Part shown: positions 46,534-57,462 of the stretch, piece by piece | Layout: every line of letters starts with the position of its first letter | How positions within the stretch are numbered: the first letter of the stretch is position 1 | NCBI GenBank assembly: GCA_017889545.1 | Contig: JAGFZV010000011.1 | Span: 17,247 to 81,246 of the forward strand | Length of the DNA: 64,000 bases | Direction of reading: 5' to 3' | DNA from: Bacillota bacterium | GTDB lineage: Bacteria > Bacillota > Negativicutes > CTSoil-072 | Notes under the pieces: generated by a model | Told to the model about the DNA's origin: nothing | Seen by the model: only the letters and a program-made list of their open reading frames with translations | Database searches by the model: none | Made by a program: the position numbers and the translations under genes

Positions 46534-48222
46534 TTATAGTTTCATAACAGCGCCTTTGTCAGCAGAACTAGCCAGTTTGGAATAAACCGCAAGATAGCCT
46601 TTGGTATATTTCGGCTGAGGCCGCTGCCATGTGGCTAGCCGGTCGCCAATTTCCTGATCCGATACATGCAGATGCAAATTTCCGTTTGGAATATCAATCG
46701 TTATTTTATCGCCATTTTTTACAATGGCCAAAGGTCCGCCTTCAGCCGCCTCCGGCGATATATGGCCGACGAAGCAGCCGTTATTCGTGCCGGAAAAACG
46801 ACCATCTGTAATCAAGGCTGTTTTTTCTGCAAGCCCCATGCCATACATGTACTTCATTGCTTTGTACATTTCACGCATTCCCGGCCCGCCTTTGGGTCCT
46901 TCATAGCGAATGACAACAACATCGCCCTCGATAATTTTTCCGCCCAGGATCGCCTCTTCCGCCATTTCTTCCGAATCGAATACTTTGGCGCTGCCCGAAA
47001 ACGTATGCATATGCGGAACAATTGCCGCCGGTTTGGTGACAGCAGTATCCGGAGCAAGATTACCCCGCAGAATCGCTACCCCTTTGCCCTTGCTAAATGG
47101 TTCGTCGAATGAGCGAATGACATTCGCATCAAAAGGATATTTGAATTTATATTCCTGCAAATTCCGGCTAACCTCTTTGCCGCTGACCGTCATACTATCA
47201 AGATGCAGCAATGTTTCAATTTCCTTCATCACTTTGGGAATTCCGCCCGCTTTATAAAAATCTTCCATATCGTATTTTGAAGCAGGATTCACCTTCGCAA
47301 TTTGCGGCGTCGCTTCGCTAATCCGCTGATAGGCTTCCATCATCTGTTCTGCCGGGATGTCCAATTCCGCCGCAATGGCAGATAAATGAAGGATCGCATT
47401 CGTCGAGCCGCCTGTAGCCATCAAAACACGGGTAGCGTTCTCTAGAGATTTCATGGTCATAATCTGGTCCGCGTTAATTTGTTGAAGAACCAGATTGACA
47501 ATTGCTTTCCCGGTATCTTCGGCCAAACGGAGCCGCTCTGCATAAACAGCCGGTACCAATGCCCCGCCAGGCAAAGACATTCCCATCGCTTCCGCTAAAC
47601 AGCACATCGTATTAGCCGTCCCATAAAAAGCGCAGGAACCGCAGGACGGTCCGCACAGTTCTTCCAACTGATCGTACGCCGTCTCATCAATTTTGTGGCT
47701 TTTCAGCATGCCTAACGCTTCCGACATCGTCGTCAAATCCGATTTTCGCTTGTCAAATTCCACTCCGCCCAGCATTGGGCCGCCTGGCAGAAAAATGGCC
47801 GGTATTTTTAGGCGTGCTGCAGCCATCAGCATTCCGGGAACGATCTTATCACATGATCCAAGCAATACAATTCCATCCAGGCGATGCGCTTGGACCATCA
47901 CCTCAATATCATTGGCAATTAAATCCCGCGACGGCAGAATAAAATGCATTCCGGCATGGCCCTGTGCGGTTCCGTCACATGCGGCAATTACGCCGAACTC
48001 TGCTGTCGTCCCTCCGGCTCGATGTATTCCTTTGCGAACATGTTCTGCAACTTGGCGCAGGTTGGCGTGGCCCGGGACCAATTCATTCCACGAATTGGCA
48101 ATTCCAATCACCGGCCTGGACAAATCATCATCCGAATAGCCGATCGATTTGAAGACACTGCGGTTGAACGACCAATTAGGCTTGGTTAAAATATCGCTGC
48201 TGCGGCAACCCATGAAAACCAT
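46534..48222 (-). CDS. IlvD/Edd-family dihydroxy-acid dehydratase
   Basis: CDG, CDKIVPGM, GSCAFYGTANTM, RYEGPKGGPGM, TDGRFSG. Confidence 0.92.
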   Translation of the reverse strand: MVFMGCRSSDILTKPNWSFNRSVFKSIGYSDDDLSRPVIGIANSWNELVPGHANLRQVAEHVRKGIHRAGGTTAEFGVIAACDGTAQGHAGMHFILPSRDLIANDIEVMVQAHRLDGIVLLGSCDKIVPGMLMAAARLKIPAIFLPGGPMLGGVEFDKRKSDLTTMSEALGMLKSHKIDETAYDQLEELCGPSCGSCAFYGTANTMCCLAEAMGMSLPGGALVPAVYAERLRLAEDTGKAIVNLVLQQINADQIMTMKSLENATRVLMATGGSTNAILHLSAIAAELDIPAEQMMEAYQRISEATPQIAKVNPASKYDMEDFYKAGGIPKVMKEIETLLHLDSMTVSGKEVSRNLQEYKFKYPFDANVIRSFDEPFSKGKGVAILRGNLAPDTAVTKPAAIVPHMHTFSGSAKVFDSEEMAEEAILGGKIIEGDVVVIRYEGPKGGPGMREMYKAMKYMYGMGLAEKTALITDGRFSGTNNGCFVGHISPEAAEGGPLAIVKNGDKITIDIPNGNLHLHVSDQEIGDRLATWQRPQPKYTKGYLAVYSKLASSADKGAVMKL

Positions 48223-48244
48223 CCTTTCTTTTCATCGCATGATA

Positions 48245-49252
48245 TTATTGTTTCTTATTCTTGGCCAATTCAATAGCCACATCAATAATCATGTCTTCTT
48301 GTCCGCCTACGGTTTTTCTCTGTCCCAGTTCCATTAAAATATCACGGGCATCAACGCCGAATTTCTCAGCCGCGCGGCGGCTATGCAGCAAAAAGCTGCC
48401 ATATGCTCCCGCATACCCGATCGCCAGCGTATCCGCATTAATGCTTTGCGGGCGGTGCATCAATTTTTCCACCACGTCTCTGCTCATATCCATCAATTTG
48501 TACAAGTCAACGCCAGTTGTATACCCGCCTTTGTGCAACACTGCCACCAGCGCTTCAAGCTGTGAATTACCGGCTCCGGCCCCTAGCCCGCAAACCGTTG
48601 CATCGACAGATGTCGCCCCAGCCTGGATTGCTGCAAAAGTATTGCCTATGGCTAATCCCAAATTATTATGGGCATGAAACCCTACAGGAATGGATAATTC
48701 CCGGCAAACCAATCCTATTCTCGCCGTTATATCGGTCGGCAGCATTGCCCCGGCAGAATCGGTAACATAAACCATATCCGCCCCATAACTTTCGAACTTC
48801 TTGGCCTGCTCAAGAATCTTTTCCGGTGGCGCCATATGTGACATCATAAGAAAGCCAATGGCTTCCAGTCCATTGTTTTTCGCAAATTTGATATGTTGTT
48901 CTCCGGCATCAGCTTCTGTGACATGCGTAGCAACCCGCACCGTTTTCACGCCATATTCCATTGCCGCTTCCAGATCTTCAACTGTTCCAATGCCCGGAAT
49001 AAGCAAAACCGCGAGTTTGGTCTTTTTTAAAACTTGCGAAACCGCCTTGAAATATTGCGCTTCCGGCGCTCTGGAAAAACCATATTGAATGGAGGATCCG
49101 CCCAGCCCGTCTCCATGTCCTACTTCAATCGTGTCAACCCCGGCGTCGTCCAGCTTGGATGCGATGACAGCCATTTGCTCCGGAGTGAATTGATGACTGA
49201 CGGCATGCATTCCATCCCGCAAAGTGCTATCAATAATACGAATTGATTTCAT
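48245..49252 (-). CDS. dmpG: 4-hydroxy-2-oxovalerate aldolase
   Basis: DSTLRDGMH, EVGHGDGLGGSS, HAHNNLGL, VGGQEDMI. Confidence 0.95.
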   Translation of the reverse strand: MKSIRIIDSTLRDGMHAVSHQFTPEQMAVIASKLDDAGVDTIEVGHGDGLGGSSIQYGFSRAPEAQYFKAVSQVLKKTKLAVLLIPGIGTVEDLEAAMEYGVKTVRVATHVTEADAGEQHIKFAKNNGLEAIGFLMMSHMAPPEKILEQAKKFESYGADMVYVTDSAGAMLPTDITARIGLVCRELSIPVGFHAHNNLGLAIGNTFAAIQAGATSVDATVCGLGAGAGNSQLEALVAVLHKGGYTTGVDLYKLMDMSRDVVEKLMHRPQSINADTLAIGYAGAYGSFLLHSRRAAEKFGVDARDILMELGQRKTVGGQEDMIIDVAIELAKNKKQ

Positions 49253-50133
49253 CAGATAGCCCCCTCGTGTTTTAATGTGGCATATCGCTCGGCTACAGTG
49301 ACTGCAGCAGCAGTAATAATATCAAGATTCCCGGAATATTTGGGCAGATAATCGCCTGCGCCTTCCACTTCCACTACCGTGACCACACGGTCTCCGTCCG
49401 CATAGGGCAAAACTTTGATGCGGTATCCCGGTGAATAGCGCTGCACCTTGGCAACCATGCCCTCCACTGATTTTACAATCGCATTAATCTTGTTGGAGTC
49501 GCATAATGTATAGATCGTGTTCCGCATCATAATCGGCGGTTCGGCAGGATTCAAAATAATAATCGCTTTTCCCTCTTTTGCACCGCCCACCTTAATTAAA
49601 GCGCTTCGGGTAGTCTGGGTAAATTCGTCAATGTTCTGCCGCGTTCCAGGGCCGGCACTGCGGCTGCTCAGCGTGACAACGATCTCCGCATATTGAACCG
49701 GCGCAACTTGATTAATCGCGTAAACAATAGGAACCGTCGCCTGCCCGCCGCAAGTAACCATATTAATATTATCTTCCCGAAAAAGGTGTTCATCGATATT
49801 AACGGAAGGAATGACATAGGGACCAACTGCGGCCGGAGTCAGATCCACGGCAAAAATGCCTGCTTGTTTCAATAGTGGCGCATGCTGATGATGAGCGCTT
49901 GCACCCGTAGCATCAAATACAACATCCAAACCAGGAAACGCAAGTACACCGTCAATCCCCTTATCGGTTGTGGCAATTCCATACCCGGCAGCCAATTCCA
50001 AGCCTTGCGACCCTGGCACAATCCCGGCCATCAGACTCATTTCCAACACTTTGCTGCGTCTAATCTTCATCATCAAATCAATACCGATATTACCTGGACC
50101 GATGATTGCTGTTTTTAGTTTTTTTTCTTCCAA
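49252..50133 (-). CDS. dmpF: Acetaldehyde dehydrogenase (acylating)
   Basis: [45 protein letters not shown]. Confidence 0.95.
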   Translation of the reverse strand: MEEKKLKTAIIGPGNIGIDLMMKIRRSKVLEMSLMAGIVPGSQGLELAAGYGIATTDKGIDGVLAFPGLDVVFDATGASAHHQHAPLLKQAGIFAVDLTPAAVGPYVIPSVNIDEHLFREDNINMVTCGGQATVPIVYAINQVAPVQYAEIVVTLSSRSAGPGTRQNIDEFTQTTRSALIKVGGAKEGKAIIILNPAEPPIMMRNTIYTLCDSNKINAIVKSVEGMVAKVQRYSPGYRIKVLPYADGDRVVTVVEVEGAGDYLPKYSGNLDIITAAAVTVAERYATLKHEGAI

Positions 50134-50172
50134 AATCAGTCATCCTTTCATCCTTATCGATTTTTCGAAACA

Positions 50173-50189
50173 GTTCTACATTGTCGAAC
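50173..50189. promoter_or_regulatory. Candidate IclR operator
   Basis: Pseudo-palindrome GTTCTACATTGTCGAAC; related GTGCGATATTACAGAAC at 51098-51114 upstream of the iclR-family gene. Confidence 0.5.
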
Positions 50190-50270
50190 GCTGTTCATGT
50201 TTTTTCTACCACTTTTACTTTATCTTAATAGCGCGTTTACTGTCAATACTAAATTAATTGTCTATTTAAA

Positions 50271-51077
50271 TTATTTAACCGCACTCGCTTTTTGTTTGCC
50301 CCGGTATCCCAAACGCCCGGAAATCTGCATGGCCGCTTTTGCAACATTTTCTGCAATTTGTTCTATATTATGGAAACGGTTAGCCGGACCGGAAAGGCTG
50401 ATGGCTGCAATTACCGTCCCCTGGTTGTCTTTTATTGGCGCGGCAACGCACTGCAGGTCAGGTTCGATTTCTTCCATGTCTAATGCATAACCCATTTCAC
50501 GGATTCTGCGCAATTGTTCGAGCAAGGCATTCGTATCAGAAACTGTATTCTTCGTGAACTTCTGAAACTGTTTGCCTGCATACATTTCTGTTACTTTATT
50601 TTCACTTAGCCCAGACAATAATACTTTGCCAACACCGGTACAATATGCAGGGTTCCGTCCGCCGATCCGGGTTCGGATTCCTATGGAAGAACGAGATTCA
50701 TCGACTTTATCGATATAAACAACATCATCCCCGGAAAGGACAGCAAGATGTGCCGTTTCTTGGTAAAGTATCGACAGTTCCCGCAAGTCCGGCAAAGCGA
50801 TTTCCCGCAAATCAAGATTCGCAGCGTACGCTTGGCCAAGTTCAAAAGTTTTTAAACCAAGCGAATATTTTCCGGTAACGGGGTCCTGCTGCAGATAACC
50901 ATATTTCTCTAATGTAGCGATCAAACCATGCGCAGTGCTCTTACTCAACCCCATTTTTTGGCTCACTTCCGTTAAACTGATCACATTGTCATTTTCCGCC
51001 ACACACTCCATTATCTTTAGGGCGCGAAATACGGATTGTATATGACGTTCGCCGTCACTACCATGTTTGACTATCAT
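50271..51077 (-). CDS. IclR-family transcriptional regulator
   Basis: HTH SLTEVSQKMGLSKSTAH, CTGVGKVLL, AAISLSGP. Confidence 0.93.
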   Translation of the reverse strand: MIVKHGSDGERHIQSVFRALKIMECVAENDNVISLTEVSQKMGLSKSTAHGLIATLEKYGYLQQDPVTGKYSLGLKTFELGQAYAANLDLREIALPDLRELSILYQETAHLAVLSGDDVVYIDKVDESRSSIGIRTRIGGRNPAYCTGVGKVLLSGLSENKVTEMYAGKQFQKFTKNTVSDTNALLEQLRRIREMGYALDMEEIEPDLQCVAAPIKDNQGTVIAAISLSGPANRFHNIEQIAENVAKAAMQISGRLGYRGKQKASAVK

Positions 51078-51268
51078 AAATAAAGCCACACTCCTTAGTG
51101 CGATATTACAGAACCAAGTTCGGCTATTATTTCACAAAAAAATTTTGCTCGTTTCCTTTGTACTGCCATGTAGATCAGTTTATTTCGTAAAAACTAAACC
51201 GATCTACATGTATACTAGCATAGTTTCCCAAGCATATCAACGAATACATCGGCAAACGCCGCTTTTCC

Positions 51269-53182
51269 TTAGCGCACCAGCGATTTTGCCGTGGCAGCAA
51301 TCTCTTCACATCGGGCAGTCACTTCCTGAATTGTTGCCGAGATTTCAAGCGTTTTTTCATTTACTCGCTGTACTTGCTGTTCAAGGTCATCGGCAATTTT
51401 CAATACTTCGATATTGCGGCTCCTGATATCCCGTTCACTCTTTACTGTAGAACTTACAACATCTTTTGACTGCTCAGCCAATTTTCTTACCTCGTCAGCC
51501 ACGACAGCGAACCCTCTGCCATGTTCTCCTGCTCTTGCCGCTTCTATGGATGCATTAAGCGCCAACAAATTCGTTTGACCGGAAATATGGACAATTTCAC
51601 CGGACGCATTGGCAAAATCATTCAGTTTCTGTTCAACATCATGAATCGCTTTTCGCAATACTGTCGCATTTTGCTGAATGTCCTGTATTTGCCGGCTGAT
51701 CTTTTCAATTGCATCGGCGTCGTTTCCGCTCCCAATCGCCACTTCGTCAATCGCCTGGGTAATTTGGGCCACCGTCTCCACCATCCGGTTTCTGTTATTT
51801 TCCTTTTCTTGATTTAAGCGTTGAATATCCTCAAACATTTGTTGAAGATCGCCGAATTCTTTAATTTTATCCTCCACTTTCGCATGCTCTCTCTGCACCA
51901 GGGAACGTTCATAATTAATACAATTCTCCAGAATATTGTCGCCGTTCAGCATTGCACGCACAAATCGTTTGCAGTTTCCATAACCGCACGCGTAACAATT
52001 AATGTTTCGCTCCACCTCAGAGTACTTATTCATTTCTTTAAAAACCTTTTCATACTCCGATTCAGCAAAATCTTGCGTATCAACCATATCTGCTTTGTTT
52101 TTGTACGTCCTGACAAAGTCCTGTAAATTGAGTTCCTTGTCAAATTGTTCAAACAGCGGATACACTGTTTTGAACAATTTTTTCTTGGTTTTCTGAGTCA
52201 ATTTCTCGGCTTTGTACCGGTTCATCGCAAAATCAATATCATCAACCCGAATATCCTTGCAAGTGCCGGTCCCTAAATTGCATCCATTGCTGCAGTTTAA
52301 AATATCCACAAGCAACGGCAGCTTTTCGTTCTTTTTGATCCGGTCAGCATACTCCGAAAGATAATCATACGCGTGAACGCCTTCCACCTGTCGAACCCAC
52401 GCTTTGCCGCCAGTATGAAACTCCACGTTTTCGCGGAGTCCGCCAGGGCGGCTAAACGTTAATCCCAATCCGCAGCCTATATCGTCAAAGTCTTTTTCGG
52501 GAAAACTATCCGGATTAAGCTGCATTTTTTGCAGGTATTCCGCTAATTTTCTATAGGTAACATTATAATCAACATAAGGAGCAGTATCAGCAAACTCCTC
52601 AACCTTCCCCAGGCACGGAGAAAGAAACGCAAGCTTATCAGTCATTCCCTTGTATTTTTTCATATAGATTGCTGTGCACAGCGAAGGGCTGTGGATAGGA
52701 GCCAAACAAGGGATCAGTTCAGGAACGTATTTTTCGATATAAGAAACAATGGCCGGGCACGGTTGGGCAATGATCGAAGCCAGTTGCTTTTCCTTGATCG
52801 CTTTCAGATAGGCCCAGGTTGTAATATCAGCGCCAAAGGAAACGTCATAAATTACTTGAGCGCCTTTTGACTTCAGAAAACCGAATAATTTTTTATAGTT
52901 AGCGAAATTATAACGGATAGCCGGAGCGGCTATGATGGAAATGGGCGTTCCCTTTTCCAAATCGGCAAAAAATCGTTGCGTGTCATCTTCGAAGGTTCTT
53001 GCTTCATGATCGCATATTTCAACACAATGGCCACACAGAATGCATCTGTCCGAATTGATTTTAACTTTGTTTTTCCCCTCCACCAAGTACGCGACATTTG
53101 CGTCATCTGCCGGGCATTTGGCAATGCACTTATTACATCCCACACATTTTTGTTCATCGAGGTGAATAATATTGCTGATCAT
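51269..53182 (-). CDS. Soluble chemoreceptor with N-terminal ferredoxin and [FeFe]-hydrogenase-like domain
   Basis: 2x[4Fe-4S]; [23 protein letters not shown]-cluster-like motifs; CYACGYGNC; MCP signature [25 protein letters not shown]. Confidence 0.85.
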   Translation of the reverse strand: MISNIIHLDEQKCVGCNKCIAKCPADDANVAYLVEGKNKVKINSDRCILCGHCVEICDHEARTFEDDTQRFFADLEKGTPISIIAAPAIRYNFANYKKLFGFLKSKGAQVIYDVSFGADITTWAYLKAIKEKQLASIIAQPCPAIVSYIEKYVPELIPCLAPIHSPSLCTAIYMKKYKGMTDKLAFLSPCLGKVEEFADTAPYVDYNVTYRKLAEYLQKMQLNPDSFPEKDFDDIGCGLGLTFSRPGGLRENVEFHTGGKAWVRQVEGVHAYDYLSEYADRIKKNEKLPLLVDILNCSNGCNLGTGTCKDIRVDDIDFAMNRYKAEKLTQKTKKKLFKTVYPLFEQFDKELNLQDFVRTYKNKADMVDTQDFAESEYEKVFKEMNKYSEVERNINCYACGYGNCKRFVRAMLNGDNILENCINYERSLVQREHAKVEDKIKEFGDLQQMFEDIQRLNQEKENNRNRMVETVAQITQAIDEVAIGSGNDADAIEKISRQIQDIQQNATVLRKAIHDVEQKLNDFANASGEIVHISGQTNLLALNASIEAARAGEHGRGFAVVADEVRKLAEQSKDVVSSTVKSERDIRSRNIEVLKIADDLEQQVQRVNEKTLEISATIQEVTARCEEIAATAKSLVR

Positions 53183-53268
53183 GATCCCATCCTCTCATCT
53201 GTTGCTTGCTGCATCACCAAAGAGATTCTTTTTCTTCACGCAAATGTGAATTCTTTGTCAAACCCTAA

Positions 53269-54084
53269 CTAAACGATCTCCGCAATCCGTTCAATTTCCA
53301 TCGCCAACGCCGACAGTTGCTGCATGGAAGCCGATATCTCCTGTGTAGTCGCTGCTTGACGTTCCGACAACTGCGCCGTCTGGGCGATCGCGTTAACCAT
53401 TTCTTCGTTTTCTTTTTGAATATTTTGCAAAAGTTTTTTGATATCTTTGACCGCTTTTTCACTGTTAATCGCCATTTTACGGATCTCATCGGCTACAACG
53501 GCAAATCCACGGCCTTGTTCTCCTGCTCTGGCAGCCTCGATCGCGGCATTCAATCCCAGCAAGTTTGAGTTTGCTGCAACATCGCTGACAAATCCTAAGA
53601 TTTCGTCCGTTTTTTTGACTTCATCTAAAACCCGTTCACTGCTGTTTTTGGTTCGGTCTACTTCTTTTGCCAGCTGCGAAGAGTGAGCGGCAATTTCTTC
53701 CATAGCGGCTGTTAATTGTTCCGCAGTTGCCGCAATATTTTCCGCAGCGCCATGAAGCTTTTCCTGCGTTTCAAAACTGATGCCCGAGGTAAGAACACCA
53801 ACAAAGTTGCTGCCATCAAAAATCGGCGTACTAATGACCTTTACAACTCTGCCATAAATCTCCTTGGGAAGAGTTTTGCGAACTTCTTGCCGGGTCCGGG
53901 TACAATCGGCAACCGCTCCCTGCGAAGCGACTTGATCGCCAACTTTTACATTCATCGTGAAGGTTTGCGCCTGTAAAAACAGCACAATTACACCTTCCGG
54001 ATCAGTAATCGCAATGTAGTTATCCAGCGGATTTTGTTTTTGATAAAGCGGGGCCGCATCTATTACTGAGTTAAGTATGCTCAT
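53269..54084 (-). CDS. Cytoplasmic methyl-accepting chemotaxis protein
   Basis: [26 protein letters not shown]; no TM helices. Confidence 0.9.
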   Translation of the reverse strand: MSILNSVIDAAPLYQKQNPLDNYIAITDPEGVIVLFLQAQTFTMNVKVGDQVASQGAVADCTRTRQEVRKTLPKEIYGRVVKVISTPIFDGSNFVGVLTSGISFETQEKLHGAAENIAATAEQLTAAMEEIAAHSSQLAKEVDRTKNSSERVLDEVKKTDEILGFVSDVAANSNLLGLNAAIEAARAGEQGRGFAVVADEIRKMAINSEKAVKDIKKLLQNIQKENEEMVNAIAQTAQLSERQAATTQEISASMQQLSALAMEIERIAEIV

Positions 54085-54368
54085 AGTCTCTCACTCCTGC
54101 CTTTCACAATAAATACATGACAAAACCAGCCAAATTTAAAGTATTTTATATTTTCACACAGTTTTAATTTAACCATATTTCCCAACGATTTACAACGTAA
54201 ATTTAATTCTGCCGAAAAGTTTTTCTCTCTGCAATTTTTCTATTCTCATGGATCATTTTTTAACAATTTGTTTCAAATATATGCTATGATAAATTACAAT
54301 ATAATCCCATATACCCTTTTCCGTCGTGATTTAAAATTAACAGATCGTGAATAAGGAGGACTGCGAAA

Positions 54369-54956
54369 ATGAATAATGTGGGTATTTTTCTGTTCAATGA
54401 TATCGAACTTCTGGATTTTGCCGGTCCCTACGAGGTTTTTTCCGTGACATCCGAACTAAATGAGCAAAAACTGTTTCAGGTCTTTAGCATATCCGACGAT
54501 GGCGGCGAGATAAAATCCATCAATGGATTGAAAGTCGTTCCCGACTACAGCTTTGCCAACCATCCTCCCATTGATATCCTGATTATTCCCGGCGGGATAG
54601 GAACCAGGGCGGAAATAACAAAAAATCATGTTCTTGAATGGTCTAAAAATGTTGCCGCCAGCGCACAAATTACCATGACCGTATGCTCCGGCGCAAGGAT
54701 CCCTGCGAAACTGGGTCTGCTTGACCATCTTGAAGCGACAACGCACCATACCGTTTTTGCTTCTCTAAAAGAACTCGCTCCCAATATCATCCTCAATCCT
54801 GACAAAAGATTTGTCGACAACGGGACCATTATGACCGCAGGAGGAATATCCGCCGGTATTGATCTGTCTCTTCACATCGTCAAAAAATTGCATGGCGAAG
54901 CAGTCGTCAATAAGACCATTCGCTACATGGAGTATGGCGACTGGCGTTCACTGTGA
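54369..54956 (+). CDS. DJ-1/PfpI family protein
   Basis: ELLDFAGPYEVF, IPGG, VCSG, TAGGISAGID. Confidence 0.9.
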   Translation: MNNVGIFLFNDIELLDFAGPYEVFSVTSELNEQKLFQVFSISDDGGEIKSINGLKVVPDYSFANHPPIDILIIPGGIGTRAEITKNHVLEWSKNVAASAQITMTVCSGARIPAKLGLLDHLEATTHHTVFASLKELAPNIILNPDKRFVDNGTIMTAGGISAGIDLSLHIVKKLHGEAVVNKTIRYMEYGDWRSL

Positions 54957-54980
54957 TCCATCCGGAAGGAATAGAATACT

Positions 54981-55025
54981 AAGGCGGAGTGCGTGAATGA
55001 TCGTTTCACGCACTCCGCCTTTTTT
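54981..55025. terminator. Bidirectional terminator
   Basis: aaggcggagtgcgtgaa / ttcacgcactccgcctt plus T-tract. Confidence 0.85.
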
Positions 55026-55078
55026 CCTCTTCAATTACCAGTGCAATTTGCCATTTTACCATTTATAAAATTTTAGAG

Positions 55079-55873
55079 TCAATTTTTCGCCTTTATCCAG
55101 CCGGCCCGTTCAAATACATGAAAAAACCGCGGGGCAAATTCTTTGTCACGCATGGTTAAATCCAAGTTCCATGAGGTCAGATAATGAAGCGGGTAGGTAA
55201 GAATATCAGGTAATGCGTTGCGCATATCGTATACCTTCAAATAAGATTTGCATTCCTTGCAGGTCTCAACCAGCCAATTAGGTTCTTCCTCCGCCGTGTA
55301 AAAGATGGCGCCCCGCTCTTCAATATGTCCGCACAAGCCGCAATTAATACGCGGATAGACCCATACCGTCTGACAATGACTGCATACCAGGTTTTTTTTG
55401 CCTGATGGAGCAAGGAATCCCATTGCGGCGCCGGCGCCGCAAATCGGACAGTCAAGCTCAAGCCAATTGATCGCTTCTTCTTCATCGGAAGTGATTACGC
55501 TTTCGATATAAGCGGCAATAAGCGAATGAAGTTCAGCGATGACAAAACCGGTTTCGTCAGGCGAAACGGTTAATTTTTCAAATAAAGGGATTTCTTCCGG
55601 GAATACAGTTTGGGGTAATGCCAGTCCGAAAGGAGTGCAAAAAGCTTCCGCTAATTTTTCCATCCCCTCCTGCGGTATACGAATGCTTTCATACGCCAAA
55701 AAAGGTTTTCCGTCGGCCAAATGGGCGAGAAAATCAGATTGTTCCAACACCGTTTCGTCCAGGATGGAGGGTAAAAGCCCCCACACATTGTCCCTGGCTG
55801 TCAGATATTTCCCCCAAAAATCAAGATTAGCCTGTAAAAAAGGATATTTATTGCCAAAAGAGATTAAATCCAT
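55079..55873 (-). CDS. fdhE: Formate dehydrogenase maturation protein
   Basis: CPICG, CSHC..W...RINCGLCG, CKECKSYLK; last gene of the fdn operon. Confidence 0.85.
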   Translation of the reverse strand: MDLISFGNKYPFLQANLDFWGKYLTARDNVWGLLPSILDETVLEQSDFLAHLADGKPFLAYESIRIPQEGMEKLAEAFCTPFGLALPQTVFPEEIPLFEKLTVSPDETGFVIAELHSLIAAYIESVITSDEEEAINWLELDCPICGAGAAMGFLAPSGKKNLVCSHCQTVWVYPRINCGLCGHIEERGAIFYTAEEEPNWLVETCKECKSYLKVYDMRNALPDILTYPLHYLTSWNLDLTMRDKEFAPRFFHVFERAGWIKAKN

Positions 55874-55979
55874 AACGTTTCCTCATTTCATCGTGATCAA
55901 TTAACAACCATATTTCCCGTGCAAAACTGTACCAAAGATATTGAAGCGGGAGACCGCTCTCCCGCTTCAGGGCCACATG

Positions 55980-56630
55980 CTATTTTTTCGCTGCAACTTG
56001 TTGGTACCACTTGCTGTTATGATGTTTGGCAAAATCTTCTTCAATATAACCGCTGCCTAACATCGTCTTGAGTTCTTTGCTGGAAGATGGATTAACAGCC
56101 GCAAGATAACCGTGCACAATCACGCCGCACCCCAGAAAGATGCCGGAAAACGAATGGAGCAAGTACGCCCAGCGTACCAGAGCCGGTGATACATTTTGAT
56201 AATAGATCATTACCAAACCGCTGGCCGCCAGCAAGCACGAGAAAAAGATGACCATCAAGCCGAGCATTTTTTGTCCGGCATTGTACTTGTCCTGCGGAGG
56301 CACTTCCCCTTTAAGAAAAGGCTGCAAATAGCCGCCGCCTACCTTAAGCCACTGTAAATCATCGGCCGTGTAATGAGTAATCGTGCTCAAGAAACGCTTG
56401 AAAAGACCAAAGTTCAAAACGATGTAAATCAATGGGACAACGATATAGGCATATCCCAAATATCGATGAACAGCAGCCGCGTTTTTCAATCCCCCGAAGA
56501 TCACCGCAAGAAAATGCAGCTTAGGACTAAAGATCGCCAAGCCAGAGCATAGGAGCAAGAGAAATACGATGAGATTGACCCAATGGAAAATTCGGGTAGG
56601 CGTTTCGTGTTTCAAAACATAGCCTTTCAT
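55980..56630 (-). CDS. fdnI: Formate dehydrogenase cytochrome b subunit
   Basis: RIFHW, HRYLG, KYNAGQK, heme His pairs. Confidence 0.9.
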   Translation of the reverse strand: MKGYVLKHETPTRIFHWVNLIVFLLLLCSGLAIFSPKLHFLAVIFGGLKNAAAVHRYLGYAYIVVPLIYIVLNFGLFKRFLSTITHYTADDLQWLKVGGGYLQPFLKGEVPPQDKYNAGQKMLGLMVIFFSCLLAASGLVMIYYQNVSPALVRWAYLLHSFSGIFLGCGVIVHGYLAAVNPSSSKELKTMLGSGYIEEDFAKHHNSKWYQQVAAKK

Positions 56631-56634
56631 AATC

Positions 56635-57459
56635 CTACATATCCCCCTTTCCGTTGCCGGCATCATGGTCTGACGAATGGTTGTCATTCTGGCCTCGCTG
56701 CATCAAACGATGCACAATGGTGACTCCAAAAGCGCCGGCCATCATCAAGAGACCCAGCGGATTGAAAAAATCCTTCCAGACAGTGACTTCAACAGGGATT
56801 TTCGGATTAGCAGGAAGGCCATAATGCTGCGGCGCGTATTTGAGCACCGGAACAATGCCAAGCCCGCCCAGGCTATTGGCCTCATATACATTGGCATCCT
56901 GGTATCCGCGTGATTTCAGCCATTCCACTCTTTTTTGCGCTTTTGCGAGCATGGCTGTGCGGTCGCCAAATTCCATGGCGCCAGCCGGACAGGTTTTCAC
57001 GCAAGCCGGAATAGAGGTCCGTTCTTTATCGTTGCCGCTTTGCGTACGGCTAAGACACATGTCACATTTGTTTACATTTTTACCAATGCTCGGTATCGAG
57101 AAGGGACAAGCATTATGACAGTAACCGCAGGAAATACATTTGTCCTGGTCGACAGCCACGATCCCATTTTCCGTTTTGGACAAAGCGCCGCTCGGGCACA
57201 CTTTTACACAAGCCGGGTCGCCGCAATGAAAACACTGGTACTTGAGGAAGTTGAGGTTCATCGGGTTCGTGTCTTTTTCCATGCCTTCGTAGTAACGCAT
57301 AATCATCCGGGTATCCGGACTTAACGCAGGCGGATTGCCATAGCCTGTTGTAAAATGAGTTTTTACTGCTTTTTCCTGGTTCCACTGTTTGCAGGAGATC
57401 TGGCAGCCATGGCAGCCAACGCACTTGGAACTGTCGAAATAATATGCGACTCTTGCCAT
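56635..57459 (-). CDS. fdnH: Formate dehydrogenase Fe-S subunit
   Basis: CVGCHGCQISCKQWN, four cluster motifs, C-terminal TM helix. Confidence 0.92.
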   Translation of the reverse strand: MARVAYYFDSSKCVGCHGCQISCKQWNQEKAVKTHFTTGYGNPPALSPDTRMIMRYYEGMEKDTNPMNLNFLKYQCFHCGDPACVKVCPSGALSKTENGIVAVDQDKCISCGYCHNACPFSIPSIGKNVNKCDMCLSRTQSGNDKERTSIPACVKTCPAGAMEFGDRTAMLAKAQKRVEWLKSRGYQDANVYEANSLGGLGIVPVLKYAPQHYGLPANPKIPVEVTVWKDFFNPLGLLMMAGAFGVTIVHRLMQRGQNDNHSSDHDAGNGKGDM

Positions 57460-57462
57460 TGG

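Noticed and set aside
48245-50133. Aerobic catechol meta-cleavage pathway
   Set aside because: No dioxygenase, hydrolase, tautomerase or hydratase genes; the context is anaerobic
55040-55056. TGGCA...TTGC-like sequence as a sixth sigma54 promoter
   Set aside because: GG-to-GC spacing is too short (6 nt rather than 10) and it lies downstream of a gene end
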